Of a stretch of 64,000 nucleotides of DNA, positions 11,530-21,332 are shown in pieces. Each line of letters begins with the position of its first letter. Position 1 is the first letter of the stretch. Location: positions 78,554,001-78,618,000 of the forward strand of contig CM060732.1 of NCBI GenBank assembly GCA_030704615.1. Reading direction: 5' to 3'. A program made the translations under genes and the position numbers. Source of the DNA: Takakia lepidozioides. Its lineage: Eukaryota > Plantae > Bryophyta. The notes under the pieces were generated by a model. That model searched no databases. It saw only the letters and a list, made by a program, of their open reading frames with translations, and was not told the DNA's origin.

Positions 11530-14500
11530 TGTAGCTCGGGGCTTAGCTGGATATCGTTGGTAAAACTCTTGGACTTTGTCAGATGCATTGGCAAGGTTGG
11601 ATGAAGGTTCTCACGTTCGTTCGCTGATGTCATAATCTTTCCAATGTACGAAATACTCAAGACGTTTATACTTGATGCGAGAGTCTAGGACTTCGTCGAC
11701 TTCATACTCAATTTTCTGATTGACTTCGACTGGTGGAGGTGGTACGGAGACTCTCTCTGGAATATCCGATGGATGATACAACTCCAATAATGAAACATGA
11801 AAGACTGGATGGATGCGCATACTTCGTGGGAGTTCAAGCCAAAAACTGACCGGATTTATTTATCGAATAATTTTGAATGGTCCCAGGCGTTGATAATCCA
11901 ACTTCCTGTAGCAGGGCTTCCAACAGTCTTCATGTGGAAAGGGTTTGCTCGAGGATGATGACCATAATTGGAAAAAAATAGAGTTTGCTTGGTCGAAGAA
12001 TGTATGTTGTTGTAGGCAAACTCAGCCCATGACAGAAGGTCCGTCCAATTATCTTGGTGATAATTTATCGTATAGCAAAGATACTGCTCCAAAATCTGGT
12101 TTACACGTTCGGTTTGACCATCAGTCTGTGGATGATTAACTATAGAGAGGTTGATCTTAGTATCCGATATGTGAAATAATCTCATCCAGAAATTTGATAT
12201 GAACTGTGGTCCTCGATCAGATACGATGTCCTTCGGCAGTCCATGAATGCAATAGATATTATTGAGGAAGAGTCTTGCAGTGTCCTCGCCGGTAACTGTC
12301 TTATTACATGGAATGAAATGTGTCATCTTCGTAAAACGATCTACAATAACAAGGATTGAATCGGTGGTCTTGGAAATTGGAAGGTCCGTAATAAAGTCCA
12401 TAGACACGGACAACCATGGACCCTCGGGAATGGGTAATGGTTGAAGAAGGCCGTAAGGTCGATGTCGTGGTCCCTTCGCTCTAGCACACGTGTCACAAGA
12501 TTTTATGAATTCTTTCACGAGTTTCCACATCTGCGGCCACCAATAGTCCCTGGATATCAACTCCAATGTTTTGTTGAAGCCGAAATGTCATGCAGCCGGA
12601 AGATCATGACATGTTTGAAGAATTCGAAGTCGTGTAGGTCCTGGAGGTACATAGAGAAGTCCCTTGAAGTAAAGTAAGCCATCTTTGAATTCGAAGTCGT
12701 TTGTAACATGTGGTTGTCTCGAGGTTGATTTAGTTGACTTCGTAGTGTCGTAGCAAAATGGTCGCTCTTCAGTGCTTCCTGAATCTCCTTTATGATCTCT
12801 GTATCGTCATAGGTGGACATGAATAGCATATTCAATTGGAGATTTGCTGGTTTCAAGATAATGGATTTTTGTTGGTCAAAAACTGCATCCCATTCTTTTG
12901 GCGCAAGATACGATCGTCAAGAAAGAGCATCTGGTTTTCCTTGAAGATGTCCAGGACGGTAGGTAATAACAAAATCAAACCTTGCTAGTGACATACTCCA
13001 TCTCGCTTGACGTCGATTCAAAACACGAACACTCATAAAATATTCGAGGTTTTTGTGATCGGTATAGACAGTGACCTGATGTTTAGCTCTCTCCAATAGA
13101 TGTCGTCACTCCTCAAAAGCATCGATAATCGCTAGAAGTTCTTTGTCATGGATTTCATAATTGATCTCCGCAGCAGAAAATTTGCGAGAATGAAAACCAA
13201 CAGGGTGGAGTCGGCCATCTGTACCGTATTGAGAGAGTATTGCGCCAAGTCCAAAATCCGATGCATCTGCTTCTAAGAAGAATGATTTAGATGGTCTGCA
13301 TGTACCAGTATTGGAGCCGTTGTAAATGTCTGCTTCAGCCTTTCAAATGTCTGGTCAGCCTTCTCGTCCCATACAAATTTGTCCTTCCCTATGAGTCGTG
13401 TCAATGGTACAACAATTTTGGAGTAGTCATTGATGAAGATTCTATAGAAATTTGCAAAGCCCAGAAAACATTGTACATCTTGGACCGAAGTTGGTTTAAT
13501 CCACTCGATGATGGTTTGTATTTTCTTCTGATCTATGAAGATGCATTTGTCGGAAATAATGTAGCTCATAAATTTGACCTCAGATTGATGGAAAACACAT
13601 TTCTCCAACTTGGCATATAGTCCTCTTTCTCTTAATTTATCAAGAACAAAGCGTACATGGCGGCCATGTTCTTCTTCAATCTATGAAAATATCAAAATGT
13701 CGTCCAAATAGATGACTACAAAGTCATCTAGAAATTCTCGAAAGATGTCATTCATCATATGTTGGAAAATTGCTGGAACATTGGTAAGACCGAAAGGCAT
13801 AACACTATATTCAAAATGTCCATACCTTGTTCGAAAATCTGTTTTCCATTCGTCTCCTTCTTTTATCCGTACAAGGTTATATGCTCCTCTCAAGTTGATT
13901 TTGGTGAAAATCTTCGCTCGTCCCAGCTGGTCGAGAAGCCTAGAAATCAGCGGCAACGGATAATGATTATTGATTGTGATTTTGTTGAGACCGCGATAAT
14001 CGAGACACGTGCGTAATGATCTGTCCTTCTTTTTCACAAACAAGATAGGCGCCCCCGCGGGTGATTTTGAATGTCGGATGAAATGCTTCGACAAATTTTC
14101 ATCAATGTAATGCAGCCAACTCCGTCTGGGATAAGTTATAGATTGGACCGAATGGTGGTTGGGCTCCTTCTTGTAACTCAATTACACAGTCATAAGGTCG
14201 ATGTTCTGGCAACATGTCTGCATGTTTCTTCTCGAATACATCTTTGAAATCTTGATATTGAGCGGGTAATGTTGAAGTACCTTTGTCTGTTGTGGTCTTG
14301 ATCGGAGTCGCATAAAGTGCAAATGCCGCCTCCTTTTTGGTAGCTCTCATGAAAGCTCTAGCTCCAAGGAATAGGGGTTAAATATCTTTGATATTTCTAC
14401 ATTTTTGTCTTGCAAAAAATTTTCGCGATCGCCAGTCGATGTCGGGATTGTGAAGAACGAACCAGGGAAGTCTAAGGATCACATGATTCGTTGGAGACTG

Positions 14501-14860
14501 GATGACATTAAAAACAATATGTGATGCTTGATCTTTAAGCTTCACTTCAAGTGGTCGAGTTTCATTGTCCATGTTTCCTGATGCTAACGGTCGTCCATCG
14601 ATGACTTCAACGGGGGCCGAGAGTTTCTTCTTTACGAGCGTTAAATTGTGTTGTTTCGCAAAGTTTTTGTCCATAAAACAATCTGAAGCTCCCGAGTCCA
14701 AAAATGCTTTTACAGCGATATCTCGATTTTGCATTCTGATTTTTATCGGAACTGTGAAGTAAGGTGCAGGGTCTGGAGGTAGAAAGAGATTTTTTTTCGG
14801 TAAGGAATTTGTGGTGTCTAGCCGCATGGTCCCTATTGTGACTGGACATCTTCGTTTTTC
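11530..14860 (-). pseudogene. pol (protease-RT-RNase H-integrase-chromodomain), disrupted
   Basis: ORF pieces 14378-14962, 14102-14350, 13681-14181, 13273-13608, 11856-12566 and 11611-11820 carry the canonical motifs in order. Confidence 0.93.
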
Positions 14861-15873
14861 GACCTCCTCGTATCGAACACTTGAGTTGTGCCCCGAGCTT
14901 TGAATCTTCTCTTGTTGGGGCAGTTTAATGCTATGTGATCTTCTTCTCCGCAATAGAGGCATAATTCATTCGAGCGTCGTCTTTGTTTTTCTTGTGGCGT
15001 CAATGGCTTGAATCGGACAACATCAATATGCATATGATCACTATTGAATGTATGATGGATCGTTGTATTTGGTGTCGTAGTAGCAGTGGCATGATGCGTC
15101 GTCGACCATCCAGATCGCTTCTCTTGACGTCTTTCGAACAAACGATTATCGCATGCAATGACTTGGGTGATGAATTCACTCAATGTGCTCACGTTTGGCA
15201 TTGTCAGCAACAAATCTTTTACATCATCTTTTAGTCCACATCGAAACTGATTAATGAGGTTATTCTCATTCCAATCGAGGTCGCACGCAAGTTGTCGAAA
15301 TTCGGCAGCATAAACGGAAGTACGACGTGCTCATTGTCGAAGATTTCGCATCTTTGTTTCTGCAATTTTCTCTCTATCATTCTCTCCAAACGTTGCAGTG
15401 AACTCGGACATGAATGCTTCAAAATTATATAGTAAATGCGATTTTTTTTCTAATAGCGGTGCAAACCAAGATAGGGCAATGTCTGATAGAAGGGTGCCCA
15501 CGAATCCCACTTGAATACCTTCATCGGGGTAGCGTTGTGGATGTAGTCGTAGGAACAGTCGTACTTGTTGAACAAAACCGCGAAATCTTGATCTCGTCCC
15601 ATCAAATTTCTCGGGCATACTGATCCTTGGTTCTCTCGTAATCTGTTGAAGAGGAACCATTGCAGTATGAGCTGTTGCAGTAGGGACTCGTATGGTTAAA
15701 GATCCATTGTTCGACTCTTTTAACTCTGAAATTTGTTGTTGTAAATTGTGGAGAACATTGCCAAGATCTTGAGACTGATCAGCTTGCAATTGGGCGGTAG
15801 ATGTACGAAGTTCTTGTATCTGGAGCTGAAGACTCTGCAATGTGGTGACAATTTCCGCAAATGTGCCTTCCAT
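14833..15873 (-). pseudogene. gag with zinc knuckle, interrupted by a premature stop/frameshift near 15331
   Basis: ATG 15873; coiled coil, PEKFDGTRSRFRGF, ALSWFAPLLE, CLYCGEEDHIALNC. Confidence 0.92.
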
Positions 15874-15911
15874 CTTAACTAACTAAATAACAAACTTTAG
15901 TCTCGTCAAAC

Positions 15912-16573
15912 TGTCAATGACGAGAACATGACTGAACACAAACAAGAGATAAAACTAGAGGTACAAGGCTAGACAAGAAGCCAAGGTCGGCGTGGCCGAA
16001 TGCACGATGAGTAAATAGGAATCAAGACGATCTTTATAACAATGAACAAGAGTACAAGATATTGGAACACGACTTGAATACTGGAATGCTGGAAACTTGA
16101 CTGGAGTACCAGATACTGGAAACTGGGCTAGAGTACTGGGAACTGGACTGGAGTACTGGGAACTGGACTGGAGTACTGGGAACTGGAAACAAGAGTAGCT
16201 TGAACTGGTGTTGGCAAGACTGAAGAGTGTCTAGTCTCGCCTCCTATATATACTGGATACTAAGAAGCTTCCCCAAGAAGCTTCCCCTATGGAGGTTTCT
16301 TGCTGGAGAAGTTTCCAAGATTAAACAAAGGTTTCTTGATGGAGAAGCTTCCTTAAACAAAGGAGGTATCTTGATAGAGAAGTTTCCTCAAAATGAAGCT
16401 TCCTAAGTAGTTTCCCAAGTTACTCTTGGTAATTTGGTAAACTCCCGGTAACTTGGTAAGTAATGGTAAATCATGGTAGATCATGATAAGTCATGGTAAC
16501 TTCCGGTAACATGGTAACATGGTAACTTCTGGTATTTACTCCTGGTAAGTTCTTCCAGGCTATGTCCGTGACA
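15912..16573 (-). repeat. 5' LTR (662 bp) with TATA box at 16245-16252
   Basis: Immediately upstream of gag; differs from the 3' LTR by about 7 substitutions, one extra 20-bp unit and one fewer 10-bp unit (counted by eye). Confidence 0.97.
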
Positions 16574-16740
16574 GTGCAGACCCTGCAACCATCGCGTTCC
16601 ATGACACCACATCTCCTTCAGCCATAGTGTTGAAAACTCCCTTTGCATCCTTAATGCACCCATATTTGGCATACATGTCACTAGGGCAGTATTCAGAATG
16701 ACATCCGATACAATTCCAGCTTTGACAATGTCACCATGGA
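16574..16740 (-). pseudogene. PLS-class PPR fragment (L-S-P), upstream half of the split piece
   Basis: VHGDIVKAGIVSDVILNTALV/DMYAKYGCIKDAKGVFNTMAEGDVVSWNAMVAG, with one frameshift. Confidence 0.9.
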
Positions 16741-17016
16741 CCTATTTCTGGCTTTCTTGGATGAATCTGGACCCACTCTCTATCCCTGCTCCTTCAGCTA
16801 TCCATGCCTATGCACAAATCATGCATACATCCTTGCCTTACTGCTAGCAGCTGACGATGACAGCCTAGATTTATTCTAGGAAACACCCAACTCAACTTAT
16901 CACACTAGTTCCTATGCAATTGCATCTTCTACTCTCTGTAATCCAACTGGCATTCACCTTTTTGCCTTGATTGTCCCACCGTTGACTGGGGTCAGAAAAG
17001 TAATCACTACAACAGA

Positions 17017-17935
17017 ACGCTCCCAGACTTGCACACGCATTGCAAACACAAACAAATGTGATGTGGTTGGGCTTTAACCCTTCGCGCAACATTTGCTCAT
17101 AGGTCTCCAAAGCATTCCTACCAACCCATGCTTGGTAAATCCTGCCAACATTATATTCCACGTGATCAAAAATCATTGAGGGATTCTGTTGAACATTTGG
17201 TGAGCATAGATGTACATCAGGGGAATGTTCAGAATGACATCTAGTACAATTCCAGCTTTGATAATGTCACCATGAACCTCTTTGACCATTCCCAGGGCTG
17301 CTAAGCTCGCATATGCATATTATAAACACAAATGAGCATGACCTGGTCTGACTTCATCCCTTCCCACATCATTTGCTCTTAGGTTTCCAAAGCCTTAATC
17401 CCATACCCATGCTGCACATACCTTGCAATCATGGCACTCCAAAACACCACATCTCATTCAGCCATATTGTCGAACTCTCCCTTCGCATCAGGCTTGCTGC
17501 ACCCACATTTGGCATACATGTCCACCAGGGCAGTGTTCATAATGACATTTGGTACAAATCCAGCTTTGATGATGTCACCATGGACCTCTTTCCCCTTTTC
17601 CAGAGCTCCCAAGCTTGCACACGCATTGCAAAACACAAACAAACGCGATGTGGTTGGGCTTCACCCCTTCGTGCAGCAGTTGCTCATAGGTCTCCAAAGC
17701 ATTCCTACCACACCCATGCTTGGTAACTCCTGCCAACATTATATTCCACGTGATCAAAGATCGTTGAGGCATTCTGTTGAACACTTGGTGAGCATCCATG
17801 ATGCTCCCGCACTTAACATACATAGAGACAAGGGTGTCGAGTAGAAAAACATTTGGCGTGCATCTACTTTGGATAATGTAAGTGTGCACCTGCTTTCCAG
17901 CGTCCAGACCTTCCATCTTGTTGCACTTAAGCAAG
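17017..17935 (-). pseudogene. Degenerate PLS-class PPR array (about 3 triplets, with frameshifts and deletions)
   Basis: LDAGKQVHTYIIQSRCTPNVFLLDTLVSMYVKCGSIMDAHQVFNRMPQRSLITWNIMLAG...; CNACASLGALEKGKEVHGDIIKAGFVPNVIMNTALVDMYAKCG; HITFVCVCNACASLGA. Confidence 0.9.
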
Positions 17936-18189
17936 GGACAGACATATGTACCTCAATCTGCTGAAAATGCCTCATTGGTTTTAAGTCTGTAGAGCCTCTG
18001 TCAGTCTGCCTACCGCAAAGCATCTTCACATGCCTAGAAGTGCCAGAAGAGGCATTGTGGACTCCCTCTCTTGATCCTCTTTCAGAAGCTGTGGTCATAA
18101 TTGAGGTGCTTGGTTTCATGAACTGTGCCGCTGCAGCCTTTAGTTGACCATCTACCATGTAGGTTTCTTGTAGCTATTGATCCATAGGG

Positions 18190-18803
18190 AATCACATCTG
18201 GTACAATTCCAGCTTTGGCGATGCAACCATGCACCTCTTTGCCCTTTTCCAGGGCTACTAGGCTTGCACACGCACTGCAAACGCACACAAACCTGATGTG
18301 GTCGGGCTTCACCCTTCCCCAATCATTTGCTCATAGGTCTCCAAAGCCTCCATCTCGTGCCCCTACTGTGCATACCCTGCAAGCATGGCGTTCCACGACA
18401 ACACATCTCGTTCAGCCAGAGTGTGGAAAACTCCCTTCGCATCCTGAATGCACCCACATTTGACAAACATGTCCACCAGGGCAGTGTTCATGATGACATC
18501 TGGTACAATTCCAGCTTTGACGATGTCACCATGGACCTCTTTCCCCTTTCCCAGAGCTCCCAGGCTTGCACACACATTGCAAACACAAACAAATGTGATG
18601 TGGTTGGGCTTCTCCCCTTCGCACATCATTTGGTCATAGTTCTCAAAAGCCTCCATCCCACGCCGTAGCTGTGCATATCCTGCAATCATCGCACTCCACG
18701 ACACCCACATCTTATTCAGCCATACTGTCAAACATTCCCTTCATACATGTCCACGAGGGTATTGTTCAGAATGACATGTGGTACAATTGCAACTCTGACA
18801 ACT
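18190..18803 (-). pseudogene. Degenerate PLS-class PPR array (about 2 triplets)
   Basis: VSWSAMIAGYAQ...GEKPNHITFVCVCNVCASLGALGKGKEVHGDIVKAGIVPDVIMNTALVDMFVKCGCIQDAKGVFHTLAERDVLSWNAMLAGYAQ*; no E/DYW domain seen. Confidence 0.92.
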
Positions 18804-18826
18804 ACCTGCATGAGAGTAGTTATAAA

Positions 18827-20065
18827 CTACCTCCATGGAGGTAGTAATGTCCGGAGACCAGACATAGTAGAGCTGCGGCCATGGCCGGGCATGCGTGCTG
18901 CCCTGGAGCTTGAACCAGGATTGCCAACCCTCTCGGCTTGGGCCCGGACCAGCCCACTTTGCAAAAGCCTGCGAGCTACCCTTTCGTTCTCCATCTCTCC
19001 CAAAACAGCATGAATATGTGATGTACCTGTCCCATGAAATGTGGCGGATGGTCCAAGAGGGAGCCCCCAGACGTGAGCATTCTCTTCTTGTTGCAACATC
19101 CTCGTCAATATTTCATCATCCCAAGGTTGATCGCCTCTTACTGCTTCAGACTCAGCCTGCTGCAGCTCTCGCGTCAGCCTCTCATCCCCCGCCACCTGAA
19201 GTGCAACACAATCAATATTGGTCCCGGGAGCACGGGCGCCCACAGACAAAGACTCATTTGTTTGCATAGGAACCATACCCAGGTCCCTTCTCACAACCCT
19301 ACCATCCAACCCCGACCTCGACCCAATGCGCCTGTGTGGGCGCCTCCGAACAACTAAGAATCCAAGCCTTCTGCTAGCAGTTGACGGAAAGCTTCTACCT
19401 GGTTGCCCAATCCCTTCTCGCAATGGCAGATTGGAGGAAGCTTCAGGCTCCGCTGAACTATTGTTGTCGGGAGCACCCATGTTAAATGCCCGGCTTCTTC
19501 TCAGATCTGAAGGATCTACCTGCATTGCAATCTCATCTAACCTAAAGATCATGTCCTCGTTGCCACGAAGAGAGCCTTCTCCCATGTCCTGAAGAGCCTC
19601 CCTGCCAAACCGAGAAAACCACTGAGGCCCTGCACGTTCACTGAGGCCATTTATGGGTCCAGGCTCAGGGTTCTCTGAGAGTGAGATATGTGCTTGTGAG
19701 CTCCCGGCCCCTTTGCCCCCTGCAACATCACTGGCATCTGGAAAGAGAGACAATCTCTCTACCTGAAACCGGCCATTTGGCAGCGACAAATCATTTGCAA
19801 GATCTATTAAATCAGATGATGCCTCTCCTCTCCCAAAGGCTAGCACAAGCTCTTCCGCACTCGTCCCTTGCAACAATGAAGAATTTGAACCTTCCCCAAT
19901 TCCTTCAGAGTCGTCCCTACCATGTAGTGGCTCACCTAAATGAAGGTCAAATAACTCAACGAAGTGCTCCTGCTCTCTCCTATCAATGCTGGTTTGTGTG
20001 GTTGGCGATGCCCGAGCAGGTTGGTTATTAGCGCCAAATCTACTCTGCGTTTCTTGTGGAACCAC
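18827..20065 (-). CDS. 412-codon open frame inside the Pack-CACTA; probable captured large exon of a RING-type E3 ligase-like gene (no RING domain present)
   Basis: Long uninterrupted low-complexity ORF. QVAGDERLTRELQQ...DDEILTRMLQQEE resembles, from memory, the DExLARELQ/LQQEE motif upstream of the RING in a plant RING-H2 family. Starts at GTG. Confidence 0.5.
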   Translation of the reverse strand: MVPQETQSRFGANNQPARASPTTQTSIDRREQEHFVELFDLHLGEPLHGRDDSEGIGEGSNSSLLQGTSAEELVLAFGRGEASSDLIDLANDLSLPNGRFQVERLSLFPDASDVAGGKGAGSSQAHISLSENPEPGPINGLSERAGPQWFSRFGREALQDMGEGSLRGNEDMIFRLDEIAMQVDPSDLRRSRAFNMGAPDNNSSAEPEASSNLPLREGIGQPGRSFPSTASRRLGFLVVRRRPHRRIGSRSGLDGRVVRRDLGMVPMQTNESLSVGARAPGTNIDCVALQVAGDERLTRELQQAESEAVRGDQPWDDEILTRMLQQEENAHVWGLPLGPSATFHGTGTSHIHAVLGEMENERVARRLLQSGLVRAQAERVGNPGSSSRAARMPGHGRSSTMSGLRTLLPPWR

Positions 20066-20164
20066 TGATACTCATGCTCCTCTGAATCCTTCGCAGCTCA
20101 GCATGATGTTCCTCAATCACATCCAAACCATCCATCTTGTCCCTAGATCCAAGTGGCGGCACCC

Positions 20165-20825
20165 AGCCGTGGTGTTCAGCGATGAGAGGGCAAAATAGAC
20201 TGAAACAAGTTGAAGAAAAGGTGCCCTCACCAATTTAGGGCCTATTCTGATTAGAGGAGAAAACAGGAAACAGGGTGAAATGTGTTGAAGAAGGTGCCTT
20301 GAGTAGCAGTGCCTGATTTTATCAATTGTGCCGCTGCGATTTCCACAGCTGAACTGGCAGAGATTGAAACGCGGCCTGCTAAGACCAAGCTGACTCTCCC
20401 AAGAACCTTGTAAATACCAAATCATAACAAGAGCCAAGAGCCCACATTTGCAGGATGGACTAACTTAGAACTTTACATGGTACATTAAGAAAAAGCCACA
20501 CCTTGTGATTGCGGTTGTCCCACCATCGTGAAGAAATTCAGGGCCGAGTTTGATGAGAGGTCAAAACAGGCTGAAATAGGTCGAAGAAGAAGGTGCCCTC
20601 ACCACATTGTCCTCGACCTTGTGTCATGACCCATGGAGGATTTGACTGACCATTGCTTGTGTCTAGTCAGGTAATGTCGTATTGGTCTGTGAGAACCACC
20701 ACGGTGCAGCTGAGCGGGCGTCGATTGAAACACGGACTGCTAAGACCAAGCTGTCTCTCCCAATAACCTTGTAAACATCAGGAAGAATACCAAATCATGG
20801 TACTAACAGGAGCCAAGAGCCCATT
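20165..20825. repeat. Diverged ~300-bp direct duplication (about 20165-20450 and 20520-20825)
   Basis: Shared blocks GATGAGAGG, GAAACA, AAGGTGCCCTCACCA, GATTGAAAC.CGG.CTGCTAAGACCAAGCTG.CTCTCCCAA.AACCTTGTAAA, AATACCAAATCAT, GAGCCAAGAGCCCA. Confidence 0.85.
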
Positions 20826-20884
20826 GCGGTTGCGGTGCAGGTTGCGCTTCGCCCCTTCCTGCATCAGTAGCTCAAGAATAGGTC

Positions 20885-20938
20885 TGCAAAGCCTCCATCC
20901 CAAGCCCCTATCCTGCGATCATCGCGTTCCATGACCCA
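20885..20938 (-). pseudogene. Short PPR P-motif fragment abutting the right subterminal region
   Basis: VGSWNAMIAG*GLGMEAL matches the other P motifs in the element. Confidence 0.75.
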
Positions 20939-21302
20939 ACACAACAGCTCGATACTAAGAAACCGCGCAGGAGAAAAAGAAAAAGAAAACTAAGTCCCAA
21001 CTCTCTCATGCGCAACCCTATAAGCAATTTTTTTAAACTTTTTTTTAACCTTTTGGCCACCAGGCTTGCACTAGAAGTCATTCGGGTGACTTTTTGGTGG
21101 TGAGCTCGCACGGGTCAACCATCATTGACCAACCATCCCTCTAGTGCGGAGCCATACAGTCATCACGACGTCTACCAAAGTAATCACCCATAGGACGACA
21201 TAGTCACGTAGTCATTTCAACGACTACGTGAAGCCCCATGTGGTCCAAAAATACAGGGAAGTCATGGTCAAAGTCAGAAAAACCATGACCACCATGGCTC
21301 GG

Positions 21303-21332
21303 CAGTCAGATATACCACGATCTGTTGTAGTG
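21303..21332 (-). repeat. CACTA right terminal inverted repeat
   Basis: Ends TTGTAGTG and is followed by the TGT TSD. Confidence 0.92.

Larger units (their letters stand above)
10266..16573 (-). mobile_element. Full-length but defective Ty3/gypsy chromovirus LTR retrotransposon (Tcn1/Tf1-sushi-like)
   Basis: TG..CA LTRs at 10266-10917 and 15912-16573; TSD GTGCA on both sides; PPT GAGGAGGGGGTGA beside the 3' LTR. Domain order: gag (PEKFDG, CX2CX4HX4C), protease (LDSGA), RT (YLDD), RNase H, integrase (SMDFITDLP, HPQTDGQTER), chromodomain. Multiple stops and frameshifts. Confidence 0.97.
9091..21332. mobile_element. Non-autonomous Pack-CACTA (En/Spm) DNA transposon carrying PLS-PPR and other host gene fragments
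   Basis: Left end CACTACAACATATCGCGGTATATATGACTG; reverse complement of right end CACTACAACAGATCGTGGTATATCTGACTG (27/30). 3-bp TSD TGT at 9088-9090 and 21333-21335. ATGAC/GTCAT-rich subterminal repeats at both ends; no TnpD/TnpA ORF visible inside. Confidence 0.92.

Noticed and set aside
16574-18803. A functional PLS-DYW editing factor gene
   Set aside because: Stops, frameshifts, mid-motif breaks, no E/DYW domain or targeting peptide, and located inside a transposon.
18804-18830. GT..AG micro-intron fusing the 412-aa ORF to the PPR array
   Set aside because: Only ~25 nt, too short for a plant intron, and the downstream PPR frame is soon broken.
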